Of a stretch of 64,000 nt of DNA, positions 46,311 through 58,100 are shown one piece after another. A model generated the notes under the pieces. The model searched no databases, was not told where the DNA came from, and worked only from the letters and a program-made list of their open reading frames with translations. The stretch is taken from IMG/VR virus record IMGVR_UViG_3300032287_003731, positions 1-64,000 of that record. One strand, written 5' to 3'. Source of the DNA: a virus. Made by a program: the position numbers and the translations under genes. The number at the start of each line of letters is the position of its first letter. Within the stretch, counting starts at the first letter, position 1.

Positions 46311-49300
46311 TTACATGAATATTGCTAGTGATTTAATTTTCCATCCTGAAGTATTGGTTTGTACATTAAACTGTACATCACTTCCTGCAATAGAAACTGA
46401 AGAAGTTACAACTGCAGTATTACCTATATCTACAGTGGAATTATCGTAATACTGTACTGATGTACCATTCCAAGCTCCTACTACTTCACCTGCTCTTATA
46501 TTACTACCACTTGATACTGTGTATTTGAAGAAAGCAGATGTATATGAACCTGTTGCTTGAGTAAATAGATTATTTGATCCTACTACTGATGATGCTACTG
46601 TAGCATAATCAGTGAGTGTAGAATCTATTGTGAGTTGATTTGCAACTGTGAAGTTGTTTGAGTATGATGATGTAGCTGCGAATGATGCGCTTGTTGCAAA
46701 TGAAGCAGACACTGCATTTTGTGCTTGAGACGCTGATGTAGCAAACGAAGCACTAACAGCATTTAATATATAACTTGCAGTAGTAGCAAATGAGGATGAT
46801 ACAGCATTTAAAACATATGAAGCACTAACTGCATTTAACACATAAGATGCTGTATTAGCAAATGAAGCACTAATTGCGTTTAGTACATACGAAGCAGTTA
46901 CAGCTTGAGACGCTGATATAGCAAACGAAGCACTAACTGCATTTTGTACAAACGATGCTGTTAATGCATTAGATGCAGTTATTGCATTACTTGCCCATGA
47001 TGCCGTCCCAAACAATGACCCTGTTATTCCAGCTCCAGTTACATTTAATGATCCAGTTATGCTTACACTACCAGTGAACTGGTGCGTGTTACTGAGTAAT
47101 GTTCCAAAGCGAGTTGATCCTGTTACAAAGTCAATTGACGATGTTATGGTTTGTACTACTAAGGTTTGCGCTGTAAGTGTACCTGCTACGGTGAAATTAT
47201 CAGCATATGATGCTGTAATTGCTCTTGTAGCGAACGAAGCACTGACTGCGTTTAGTATGTAGGATGCTGTTTGAGCGTTGGATGCTGATAGAGTATATGA
47301 AGCGCTCACTGCGTTAAGTATGTACGATGCTGTTACTGCATTTTGTGCTTGAGATGCGCTTAACGCATAGCTAGCACTAACAGCATTTAAAATATATGAT
47401 GCTGTACTAGCGAATGAAGCAGATACTGCATTCAATACATAACTTGCTGTTACTGCATTTTGAGCTTGAGAAGCAGATAGACTATAAGAAGAAGATACTG
47501 CATTTAGTACGTAACTTGCTGTAACTGCATTCGCAGCTTGAGAAGCAGATAGAGCGTAGGACGCAGTAGTAGCAAAAGAAGAACTTACTGCATTTAATAT
47601 ATAGCTGGCTGTAGTAGCGTTTGAAGCAGACAAAGCATAAGAAGAAGAAACCGCATTTAATATGTAACTAGCTGTAACAGCATTACTTGCCCAGCTAGCA
47701 GTGCCTAAAAGAGATCCTGTAATATTAGGAGATACTAAAGACCCTGTTACAGTTAATCCGCTCTCGTACCTTCCGGAGCCAGACACATCTAAACTAAATA
47801 AAGGAAATGGCTGATTAATACCTATTCTACCATTTGCAGACCCAGAAAAGGCTATATTAGATACAGTAGAGTAAGACCCTGTTCCAAAAAGTATTCCTCC
47901 TATATTAATCGCATCTTTTCTACCAGTATTAACAGTTATGTTTGTACCAATAATAATATTATTGCTACCTATAAGATTTCCAATAGTATTAGCTCCTACG
48001 TTTTCTCCAATTAAAATAGAGTTATTTGCATTGGTTATTTGAAATCCCGATTGCCTTCCTATGCATACGCTTCCATTAGAAAAATTAGCAGCAGAACCAG
48101 CAGCTTGCCCTAAAAATACAGAACCGCTTGAAGCAAAAGAATCTCCTCCTGCACCACTTCCTATGAATACGGCACTACTTGCAGATATTGCTCCTGTAGA
48201 AACTCCTATAAATACAGAATTTCCTACATTTGATTTATTACTAGCAGCAAAGGATCCTATGGCAATTAAGTAAGAAGAGTTCGTTGTTCTCCATCCTGAG
48301 CGATACCCTAAAAGAATGCTGTTATCTGAATCAGATGAGCCACTTCCTGCCTCTCTTCCTAATATTACAGAATCTGTAGTACTAAAATTCCCTACATTTG
48401 TAACTGAGTATATAGTAGTCCCATTGACAGCAATAGGATAAGAAGAACTTATAGCATTTATTGCTGCAGAAGCAGATACTGCTCTTGAAGAGCTTACAGC
48501 AAAAGAAGAGGATAATGCATAGGAAGCGCTAACCGCATTCAGTATGTAACTAGCCGTTACTGCATTTTGTGCTTGAGAAGAAGATAGACTATAAGAAGAA
48601 GATACTGCATTTAATACATAACTAGCTGTAGTAGCAAACGAAGCACTTACTGCATTTATTATGTAGCTTGCTGTTACAGCATTTTGTGCTTGAGATGCTG
48701 AAGTAGCTAATGAAGCACTAACTGCGTTTAGCACATACGAAGCAGTTGTTGCATTTTGCGCTTGTGATGCACTAAGGGCATATGATGAACTAATAGCATT
48801 CAATATGTAAGATGCTGTAACGGCATTCTGCGCTTGAGAAGCAGATACAGCATATGAAGCACTTAAAATACTATTTTTACCATAAGGTCCATCAACGTTA
48901 GACGAACTAACATATGATGCTGTTTCTGCTGTAGCAGTAGCTACAGTGATATTGAATGTGCTACTATCACCTTTGGTAAATGTTATTGTTGAACCGGCAA
49001 TAGATGCGGTAATTATACCTCGAAATGGTAGTGATGAAGTAGAAGCAAATGAAGCGCTTACTGCATTAAGTACATAGCTTGCTGTTTGTGCTTGGGAGGC
49101 ACTTAAAGCATTAAGTACGTACGATGCCGTAGAAGCGAATGATGCAGAAGTAGCTGTTGTTGCTGTTGCTGCATTTCCACTAATAGAAGCACTAATAAAT
49201 GATTTATTTTCCCATTTAGCAGCAGTTGTATCATAAACTAATGCTTGACCACTTAGAGGACCTGATATTAATACATCAGATAAACCGGATAGAGTTTGAG

Positions 49301-52300
49301 TTATTGTTGATCCTCCACCACCAGATCCTCCTACTGATCTAAATAAACCTCCTAGTTGAATAGCATATGAGTCAGTAACTGTAAAGTCAGCGTTATTTCT
49401 TACAACAATAGCTCCTAAATAGATTGCGTTTGCTGCAGTGTTTGGTGCTTCAACAAACGATTCAAAAGCAATATTTGCTGTTGCATCTGTTAGACTTGCA
49501 TATGTAGCATTACCATAATAAACGACTATAGCTTTAGCTACACTATTAGGGAAATAGAATACTCTTTGAATAGAAAATTCTCTATTTGATCCTCCTCCTG
49601 GTACTGCTGTTAGTATGCCATTATCTGAATATCGTGTTGGATCTATGGCACCATATCCTAAACCAGCATTTGTATCATATACCCAAGTAGAGCCTGATTG
49701 TCTGTATCTGAATATTTTAGATACATTAGTACCACTATCAGTGGCGTAGGATGGATTATTTGGATCTACAGGATAATTAGAACCAGGTGAGTAGGCAGTA
49801 CCGCCTGCTACTATTAAACTACCTGTTGATGATCCACTAGGTGCTAAAGTATATCCTGATAATTTTAAAGGTCCAAATGCTCTATTAAATATATTTTGTT
49901 GTTGTTCAAAACCATATGCTGTAGATGGTTGTGTTTTAACACCGTTAATTGTAGATCCATTTTGAAACAATACAATACCTATGTTAATTTCTGTATCAAA
50001 CTGACCAGCAGCATATGGTGTACCTTGTTGGTAAATATTACCAGTTGAATCAATAGATACAAACGCTTGTTGATATGATGCGGTAAGTGGTGCAATACTA
50101 GCCGATAAATTACCCCAATTTAAATACTGTATTGTTGGATATGGATTATCATTTAAACTAGCATTTAAGTTTACTATAATACCACTACCACTACCAATTT
50201 GATAAACAGTAGATGATTGAGTTGTAATTAAACCACCGTTTAATAAACCAGTATATAAGTTACCTTCTAACCAACGTAAACGAGTTGTATTAGAATATCC
50301 TTTACTGTTTTGAGAGAAATATAAGTCTTGTGTAGAACCAGAAACATAAATGTAAGAGGCAGATATAGATGTATCTATATTTGTAGTTACAGGATCAAAT
50401 CTGTGGTATCCAGTTTGTCTAATGTCACCATATATTTGTACTGATGCTGTTAAATTACCAGGTCCTTGAGATCCTGAAATTATAATACTACCAGATAATA
50501 TAGTATTGCCAATTAAGGTATTATTGCCTGTTTGAGTTGTAGATCCTGTTATACTTAAACTACCAGTTAAAGTAGTAGAACCAATAAGTGTATTTGATCC
50601 AGTAGTAAATAAACTGCCCGTTACGGTTTGATTTCCTATAAACTTATTTGAACCTGTAGTAGCAAAAATACCAGATGAAGTTCCATTTAATAAACCAGCA
50701 TTTGAAGCATATGATGCGCTAACAGCATTTAATACATAAGATGCTGTTTGAGCATTTTGAGCTTGAGATGCACTTAATGCATACGATGAGCTAATAGCAT
50801 TTAATACATAGCTTGCAGTTACAGCATTTTGAGCTTGTGATGCAGATACAGCGTAAGAAGCACTAATAACATAAGATGCACTTATTGCATTTAGCACATA
50901 TGATGCTGTTATAGCATTTTGTGCTTGAGATGCACTTAATGCGTATGATGAACTTAGTATACTGTTTTTCCCATAAGGACCATCAACATTAGATGAAGTA
51001 ACATATGATGCTGTTTCAGCAGTGGCTGTTGCTATAGTAACATTAAAAGTACTGCTATTACCTTTTGTAAATGTTATTGTTGAACCTACAACTGAAGCTG
51101 TTACTACACCTTCTAAAGGTAAAGATGAAGTTGAAGCATATGATGCACTAACAGCATTTAATATATATGATGCTGTAACTGCATTGTCTGCTTGTGACGC
51201 GCTTAATGCGTAAGATGCACTAATTGCATTTAACACATATGATGCTGTTACTGCATTTTGAGCTTGTGAAGCACTTAAAGAATAGGATGATGTAGTAGCA
51301 AATGATGAACTAACTGCATTTAACACATATGATGCTGTTACTGCATTTTGAGCTTGTGAAGCACTTATTGCGTATGATGCACTAACAGCATTCAATACAT
51401 AACTAGCTGTTACAGCATCTTGTGCTTGAGATGCACTTATAGCGTATGATGAACTTATAGCATTGTTAGCCCAACTAGCAGTTCCAAATAATGAACTTGT
51501 TATTCCAGCTCCAACTATATTTAAACTGCCTGTTATACTTACTGATCCAGTAAATTGATGTGTATTTGATAATAAAGTACCAAAACGAGTAGAACCAGTA
51601 ACAAAATCAACAGATGAAGTAATAGTTTGTACTACTATAGTTTGGGCAGTTAATATATTTCTAACTGTAAAGTTATCGGCTGATGATGCTGTAGCAGCGA
51701 ATGAAGCACTAACAGCATTGAGTACATAAGAGGCAGTTACTGCATTTTGTGCTTGTGAAGCGGATAAAGCGTATGATGCTGATGTAGCATTATTTGCCCA
51801 TGATGCTGTTCCAAATAACGAACTAGTTATGTTAGTTATACTTAAACTACCTGTTGATATAATAGAACCGCTTGTGAATATAGAGCCAGTAAATGTTAAA
51901 GTACCAGCGTTTGAAACAAGTAGTGTTGCACCTGAACTTCCAGTTACTGTTAATGATCCTGATATTACTACGGCTTGATTAAGCTGATTAACAGATGAAG
52001 CAGTAGAAGCGAATGATGCACTAATAGCATTTAGTACATATGAAGATGTAGTAGCGAACGATGCACTAACAGCGTTAAGTACATAGCTAGCAGTGGTAGC
52101 AAACGATGCACTAACAGCGTTAAGTACATATGATGCTGTTGTAGCGAGTGATGCTGTTACTGCTCTAGAAGCAGATGTAGCAAACGAAGCAGATACTGCA
52201 TTTAATATATAACTAGCAGTTAATGCTTGTGATGCACTAACAGCCCATGATGCAGTCCCAAACAATGATCCTGTAAAGCCTAAACTTGCATTTACAGAAC

Positions 52301-54500
52301 CAGTTACTATTAAACTCCCAGTTATTATTGCAGATCCAGTATATGGAAATCCTGATCCTTGAGCATTTAAAGCATAAGAAGCAGTTAATGCATAAGACGC
52401 GCTTAGCGCTTGTAAAGCATATGATGCTGTGGCGGGTACATTAGCAGCAAAAGATGCTGTTAAAGCATTTATAGCCCAACTCGCAGTTCCAAATAAAGAT
52501 CCAGTAATACCATTATTAACAGTTAAACTACCACTTATATCTAATGAACCAGACATTTTATGCTGATTGTTAGGATTCAGTTGTAATTTATTATATGCTT
52601 CTACATCACTTCCCCCAACAAAGAAACCAACATGAGTATTATTATCATTAGCATTACCAATATGTAAATTATTTGCTATTGAATATAGATAAGCATCATT
52701 AGCTTCACCAATAAAACCAGCACTATAGTTTTCACTATTAATACCCATATCAACATAGTTACTAGACTCATTGCCGTTATTTGCAGTAGCAACTACATCG
52801 GAGGAAGCACTAACTCCTTGATTGGTATTTTGTATATTATTTTGTAGGTAGTTATTTAAATTACCTTTACCTGTTAATACGTTTATTGATGTTGGATGCG
52901 TTTGAAACACATAAAGTGCTTCAGGATTAGCTGAGGTAATATTAGTTTCATTAATAGCAATACTAGTTGTACTAAAACTATTGCTAACTTGAAACATGGT
53001 ACTATTACCTAGTGTAGTATTTGTTTTAAAGAAAGGTATGTATGTGGCACTGCCGCCTAATATGTTAGAGGCAGTAGCAGCATTTATTGCATTTGAAGCA
53101 GATAAAGCCCAACTTGCTGTACCTTGTAATGAACCTGTACCTCTAAAATCAGTAGTTTTTAAAAATCCATTTACTGTTAAATCATTAATAGTCGTACCAT
53201 TATAATTTACTAATATATAGTGACTTTCATCTTGACTAAGTAATACAACAGCTCCACTAACATTTGGTTTAAGAAATAAATCGTAGTTATTAACCGTATA
53301 AAGAGAACTACTATTTGCAAAATATATACTACCAGATATTCTTTGATTTCCTGATATTTGTACTTCATTTCCTGCGGCGTATATAAGATTACTCCTATTA
53401 TTATCATCAGTACCATTACCTATTATGAATGCGCTTTGTACTGAAGACGATATATTGTATTGGCCTTGTACGTGTTGATAGTTTCCTTTTGCTATTGTTC
53501 CTAATCCTTCTGCGTGTGAAGCGTTTCCAAAAGCTTTAGTACTTTCTCCCTCTGCGTGTGAAGCAATTCCTATTGCCTGTGTATTATCTCCTTCGGCATG
53601 CGAGTAGGATCCTGATGCTAAGGTAGAACTACCTTCTGCGTGTGAGCTCTGACCCCTAGCTATTGATCCATAGCCTTCGGCATGTGAATAAGATCCTGAT
53701 GTTATTGTTTCTTGACCTTCAGTATGTGAATAATTTCCTACTGCTTGTGTGTTATCCCCTTCAGCATGTGAGTAGTCTCCTGTTGCTCTAGTAACACTTC
53801 CTTCAGCGTGTGAGTATTCTCCTGTTGCTATATTCCCCTCTAATCCTTGAATAAGAGAGCCTGTTATGGTTTGATTACCATTGAATTGATTTGAACCCGT
53901 AGTAGCAAAGGTAGAGCTATCTTTACCATCTAATAAATCTGAATTGAGAGAATAAGATGAACTAATACTAAAACTAGCAGTCCCAAATAATGAACCAGTT
54001 ATACCGCCTGTAGCTATTAAAGGACCATTGACAGTAAGAGAACCTGTTACTACTTCTTGTGATGAAGTAATAACTTGTACTACTATTGTTTGTGCAGTAA
54101 GTGTGCCTCTAACAGTAAAATTATCAGCTGATGATGCGGTTACTGCATATGAAGCGGATATAGCATTTAAAACATAGGATGCTGTAGTGGCGTTTTGAGC
54201 TTGTGATGCACTTAACGCATATGACGCACTAATTGCATTTAAGACATAAGATGCTGTAGCAGCATAAGATGATGAGATTGCATTATTGGCCCAACTTGAA
54301 GTACCAAAAAACGAACCAGTAAAGCTACCTGATGTTCCAACACCTATAGCGATTATTTCATCTCCATTAGAGCCAGATCGCTTCATGTATGCGATACCGT
54401 CATACGTGTTAAGCGCTATTTCTCCATAATCTAAAGAGGAAGTACTAGGAACTTTTCCGGGTATGCTACTGCGACGTAGCTTAAGTATTTGTTGAGCCAT
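46311..54500 (-). CDS. Giant modular fibre-like virion protein (2729 aa)
   Basis: N-terminal LKLRRS...LDYGEIALNTYDG anchor-like motif; 14-aa SHAEG repeats; long ASYVLNAVS/ASQAQNAVT arrays; TGSLFGTASWA linkers. Confidence 0.75.
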   Translation of the reverse strand: MAQQILKLRRSSIPGKVPSTSSLDYGEIALNTYDGIAYMKRSGSNGDEIIAIGVGTSGSFTGSFFGTSSWANNAISSSYAATASYVLNAISASYALSASQAQNATTASYVLNAISASYAVTASSADNFTVRGTLTAQTIVVQVITSSQEVVTGSLTVNGPLIATGGITGSLFGTASFSISSSYSLNSDLLDGKDSSTFATTGSNQFNGNQTITGSLIQGLEGNIATGEYSHAEGSVTRATGDYSHAEGDNTQAVGNYSHTEGQETITSGSYSHAEGYGSIARGQSSHAEGSSTLASGSYSHAEGDNTQAIGIASHAEGESTKAFGNASHAEGLGTIAKGNYQHVQGQYNISSSVQSAFIIGNGTDDNNRSNLIYAAGNEVQISGNQRISGSIYFANSSSLYTVNNYDLFLKPNVSGAVVLLSQDESHYILVNYNGTTINDLTVNGFLKTTDFRGTGSLQGTASWALSASNAINAATASNILGGSATYIPFFKTNTTLGNSTMFQVSNSFSTTSIAINETNITSANPEALYVFQTHPTSINVLTGKGNLNNYLQNNIQNTNQGVSASSDVVATANNGNESSNYVDMGINSENYSAGFIGEANDAYLYSIANNLHIGNANDNNTHVGFFVGGSDVEAYNKLQLNPNNQHKMSGSLDISGSLTVNNGITGSLFGTASWAINALTASFAANVPATASYALQALSASYALTASYALNAQGSGFPYTGSAIITGSLIVTGSVNASLGFTGSLFGTASWAVSASQALTASYILNAVSASFATSASRAVTASLATTASYVLNAVSASFATTASYVLNAVSASFATTSSYVLNAISASFASTASSVNQLNQAVVISGSLTVTGSSGATLLVSNAGTLTFTGSIFTSGSIISTGSLSITNITSSLFGTASWANNATSASYALSASQAQNAVTASYVLNAVSASFAATASSADNFTVRNILTAQTIVVQTITSSVDFVTGSTRFGTLLSNTHQFTGSVSITGSLNIVGAGITSSLFGTASWANNAISSSYAISASQAQDAVTASYVLNAVSASYAISASQAQNAVTASYVLNAVSSSFATTSSYSLSASQAQNAVTASYVLNAISASYALSASQADNAVTASYILNAVSASYASTSSLPLEGVVTASVVGSTITFTKGNSSTFNVTIATATAETASYVTSSNVDGPYGKNSILSSSYALSASQAQNAITASYVLNAISASYVISASYAVSASQAQNAVTASYVLNAISSSYALSASQAQNAQTASYVLNAVSASYASNAGLLNGTSSGIFATTGSNKFIGNQTVTGSLFTTGSNTLIGSTTLTGSLSITGSTTQTGNNTLIGNTILSGSIIISGSQGPGNLTASVQIYGDIRQTGYHRFDPVTTNIDTSISASYIYVSGSTQDLYFSQNSKGYSNTTRLRWLEGNLYTGLLNGGLITTQSSTVYQIGSGSGIIVNLNASLNDNPYPTIQYLNWGNLSASIAPLTASYQQAFVSIDSTGNIYQQGTPYAAGQFDTEINIGIVLFQNGSTINGVKTQPSTAYGFEQQQNIFNRAFGPLKLSGYTLAPSGSSTGSLIVAGGTAYSPGSNYPVDPNNPSYATDSGTNVSKIFRYRQSGSTWVYDTNAGLGYGAIDPTRYSDNGILTAVPGGGSNREFSIQRVFYFPNSVAKAIVVYYGNATYASLTDATANIAFESFVEAPNTAANAIYLGAIVVRNNADFTVTDSYAIQLGGLFRSVGGSGGGGSTITQTLSGLSDVLISGPLSGQALVYDTTAAKWENKSFISASISGNAATATTATSASFASTASYVLNALSASQAQTASYVLNAVSASFASTSSLPFRGIITASIAGSTITFTKGDSSTFNITVATATAETASYVSSSNVDGPYGKNSILSASYAVSASQAQNAVTASYILNAISSSYALSASQAQNATTASYVLNAVSASLATSASQAQNAVTASYIINAVSASFATTASYVLNAVSSSYSLSSSQAQNAVTASYILNAVSASYALSSSFAVSSSRAVSASAAINAISSSYPIAVNGTTIYSVTNVGNFSTTDSVILGREAGSGSSDSDNSILLGYRSGWRTTNSSYLIAIGSFAASNKSNVGNSVFIGVSTGAISASSAVFIGSGAGGDSFASSGSVFLGQAAGSAANFSNGSVCIGRQSGFQITNANNSILIGENVGANTIGNLIGSNNIIIGTNITVNTGRKDAINIGGILFGTGSYSTVSNIAFSGSANGRIGINQPFPLFSLDVSGSGRYESGLTVTGSLVSPNITGSLLGTASWASNAVTASYILNAVSSSYALSASNATTASYILNAVSSSFATTASYALSASQAANAVTASYVLNAVSSSYSLSASQAQNAVTASYVLNAVSASFASTASYILNAVSASYALSASQAQNAVTASYILNAVSASYTLSASNAQTASYILNAVSASFATRAITASYADNFTVAGTLTAQTLVVQTITSSIDFVTGSTRFGTLLSNTHQFTGSVSITGSLNVTGAGITGSLFGTASWASNAITASNALTASFVQNAVSASFAISASQAVTASYVLNAISASFANTASYVLNAVSASYVLNAVSSSFATTASYILNAVSASFATSASQAQNAVSASFATSASFAATSSYSNNFTVANQLTIDSTLTDYATVASSVVGSNNLFTQATGSYTSAFFKYTVSSGSNIRAGEVVGAWNGTSVQYYDNSTVDIGNTAVVTSSVSIAGSDVQFNVQTNTSGWKIKSLAIFM

Positions 54501-54542
54501 ATCTATGGTATTCTAAAGCCTATGTAGGCAACAATAAATATG

Positions 54543-55106
54543 TTAACATACATAGGGATCACAAAATTGTGGAAATGATAGAGTAACATAGGTTGATCCT
54601 ATATAGAATTGTTCTCCATGATACCTACTAGTTCCATTTATTACTAGATTACCAGAAAAAACATATCTAATTGTATTACAAGTCATTCCACTATTGCCCT
54701 GTTGACTAACATTTAATGAACCGCCGTTTATTATTAAAGCATTTGGACTTGTGTCTGATTCTCCAGAAGGTGATAGGCAAGAAACATCATCATAACCAAT
54801 TACACTTAACGAAGCTGCAGATATTGTTATTGCTGTTGAATTTATATAATCATATATATTAGCATAAAAATAGTTTGTTTCGTACTTAACTTCTAAAGTA
54901 GTACTAACAGCATCATAATACACTCCTCTAAACTCAGATAATGAGTGGGGTGCATTTTGATCAACAGTAGCTTCATATGTTTTTACTAATGAAGATGGTT
55001 GAGGAGTACTTCCACCTGCTAATTTAGTATTAGCTGTATTTCTTGTTAGATGAGCTTCTTCATTTATATCTCCAAACGATATTGGTCCACTACTTGGTAA
55101 AGGCAT
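54543..55106 (-). CDS. Fibre-associated protein
   Basis: MPLPSSGPISFGDINEE...PHSLSEFRG; overlaps the end of the S74-containing gene. Confidence 0.6.
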   Translation of the reverse strand: MPLPSSGPISFGDINEEAHLTRNTANTKLAGGSTPQPSSLVKTYEATVDQNAPHSLSEFRGVYYDAVSTTLEVKYETNYFYANIYDYINSTAITISAASLSVIGYDDVSCLSPSGESDTSPNALIINGGSLNVSQQGNSGMTCNTIRYVFSGNLVINGTSRYHGEQFYIGSTYVTLSFPQFCDPYVC

Positions 55107-58100
55107 CTAGTCTAGATTTTAATTCGTCGATTTGCTTTTGTTGTTCTTTAATTGCTTCAATTAATAAAGCAGTTAAGTGATTGTAGTCAACTGTTTTAAA
55201 TGTACCTTGACCTAAACGTTCTTGTTCACGTACAAGTTGAGGTATTACTTTTTCTACGTCTTGTGCTATTAAACCTATTTCTTCTCTATTTGCTCTGCTG
55301 CCTTGATTTCCTATCCATTTATAATATACACCTTGCAATTGTTGCACCTGATCAAGAGCTACACTACCACATACTTGTCTTATATCGTATTTTAGATTAC
55401 GATCTGAGAATGAATAGAAACCAACTACATCATCGGCTGCTCTAAACATACCACTTGAAGAGAACTCAAATTTATCTGTATCTAAAAAGGATAATTTAAC
55501 ACTATCTAAATCTAATGATCCACTACCATAAAATCCAGAACCTGTATAACTTGCAAATCCATAATTTACAAAAGAAGAAATACCTAATGATGTATGGTTA
55601 ATTTGAGTATTACCACCAACAACATAGTCTGTTCCTCTAAATACAATAGCTGCAGATCCATCAGCACTAGAAGCTATATAATGAGAAATATCATAATTTC
55701 CTGCTGTATTAGTAAAAGCACTTTGAGTTTGATATATTTGAGATATTCCTAAAGTAGTATTACTAGTCCATATAGGAATATAATCAGTAGTTCCTCCACT
55801 TAAATTTGCATTTGAAGCATAAGATGCAGTTATTGCCCTTGATGCACTTACAGCATGTGAAGCACTAATAACACTATTTGAACCAAATGGACCGAATACA
55901 CCGGATGCTGTTATGTACGATGCTGTTAACGCAAACGAAGCAGATACTGCTCTTGATGAACTAAGAGCAAATGAAGCACTTACTGCATTTAACACATATG
56001 AAGCAGTACTTGCAAATGATGCTGAAACTGCATTTAACACATACGATGCTGTGCTTGCAAACGATGAACTAACAGCATTAAGTATATAACTAGCTGTTAC
56101 TGCTTGTGATGCACTAACAGCCCACGACGATGTACCAAACAATGAACCAGTTATTCCAGCCCCCACAACAATTAAACTACCAGTCATACCTACTGAACCA
56201 GTAAATTGATGTGTATTACTAAGTAGTGTTCCAAAGCGACTAGAACCTGTTACAAAATCAATTGATGATGTTATAGTTTGTACTACTATTGTTTGAGCAG
56301 TTAATGTATTTCTTACAGTAAAATTGTCTGCAGATGATGCTGTAGCAGCGAACGAAGCACTAACTGCGTTTTGAACAAATGAAGCAGTAGACGCAAACGA
56401 AGCGCTAACTGCATTAAGTACATAACTGGATGTTAATGCTTGTGATGCACTTACTGCCCACGATGCTGTTCCGAATAAAGAACCAGTAAAATTAGTTGCA
56501 GTCACACTGCCACTTACATTTACACTGCCTGTTATTGTATGAGTATCAGTAATTACATTACCTATTTTAACACCTGTAGTTTGAACTTGAAGTTCTATAT
56601 TGTTACTTGGTGCTACTGTTAATGAACCGGTAATGATTGTATTACCATTAACGTCAAGTTTAGCATTAGGTGTTATAGTACCAATACCAATATTACCAGT
56701 ACTTTGATACATTACACTACTGCTTAATGCTGTAGCACTAGTCCACATTGTGATATAGTTTGCAGCACCGCCGCTCACGCCACTAGAATTAGCAGCAAAC
56801 GCTGATGTTACAGCATGTGAGGCGCTTATTACGCTGTTTGATCCGAATGGACCGAATACACCGGATGCTGTTATATACGATGCTGTAGCAGCAAATGATG
56901 CACTAACTGCATTTTGAACGAATGAAGCAGTAGATGCGAATGAAGCACTAACTGCATTCTGAACGAACGATGCAGTACTAGCGAATGATGCTGAGACTGC
57001 GTTTTGGACGAACGATGCTGTGCTAGCAAATGAAGATGAAACGGCATTAAGCACATAACTAGCTGTTAATGCTTGCGATGCACTAACAGCCCATGATGAT
57101 GTACCAAATAATGATCCTGTAATTCCAGCTCCTGTAACATTTAGCGAACCTGTAATTGTAACACTACCCGTGAATTGGTGTGTATTACTAAGTAATGTCC
57201 CAAAACGTGATGAGCCTGTTACAAAATCCGTTGAGGATGTTATTACTTGTGTTACAATAGTTTGTGCAGTAAGAGTACCACGTACTGTAAAATTATCAGC
57301 TGAGGAGGCTGTTGCTGCAAACGATGCTGAAACGGCATTTTGGACGAATGAAGCAGTTGAAGCAAATGATGCACTAATAACACTATTTGAACCAAAGGGA
57401 CCAAACACATTAGAAGCAGTAACAAAAGATGCTGTTAGAGCATTTCTGGCTAAGGAAGCTGTAGAAGCAAATGATGCTGAAACTGCGTTTTGAACGAAGG
57501 ATGCTGTACTAGCAAATGAAGATGAAACAGCATTGAGTACATAAGATGCTGTTACTGCGTTTTGAGCTTGAGATGCACTTAATGCGTATGATGCTGTTGT
57601 AGCGAATGAAGCACTAACTGCGTTTAGTACATAACTTGCCGTTTGAGCATTGGATGCTGATAAAGCATATGAAGCACTTACAGCGTTTAATACATAAGAT
57701 GCACTAACAGCATTTTGTGCTTGTGACGCCGATAATGCATATGATGAACTTATTGTATTATTAGCCCATGATGCTGTTCCGAATAAAGAGCCTGTTATTC
57801 CAGCTCCTACAACAGTTAAACTACCAGTTATACTTACACTACCTGTAAATTGATGTGTATTACTAAGTAATGTACCGAATCGAGATGAGCCAGTTACAAA
57901 ATCAGTACTTGAAGTTATAACTTGAGTTACTATTGTTTGAGCAGTAAGTGTACCACGTACTGTGAAATTATCTGCAGATGATGCTGTTGCAGCGAACGAT
58001 GCACTAACTGCGTTTTGAACGAATGATGCTGTGCTAGCAAACGATGAACTAATAATACTGTTTGATCCAAATGGACCCCAAACATTAGATGCTGTTACAA

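Noticed and set aside
521-57493. Plus-strand ORFs and short nested minus-strand ORFs in the ORF track
   Set aside because: They are shadows of well-supported minus-strand genes and have no recognisable motifs.
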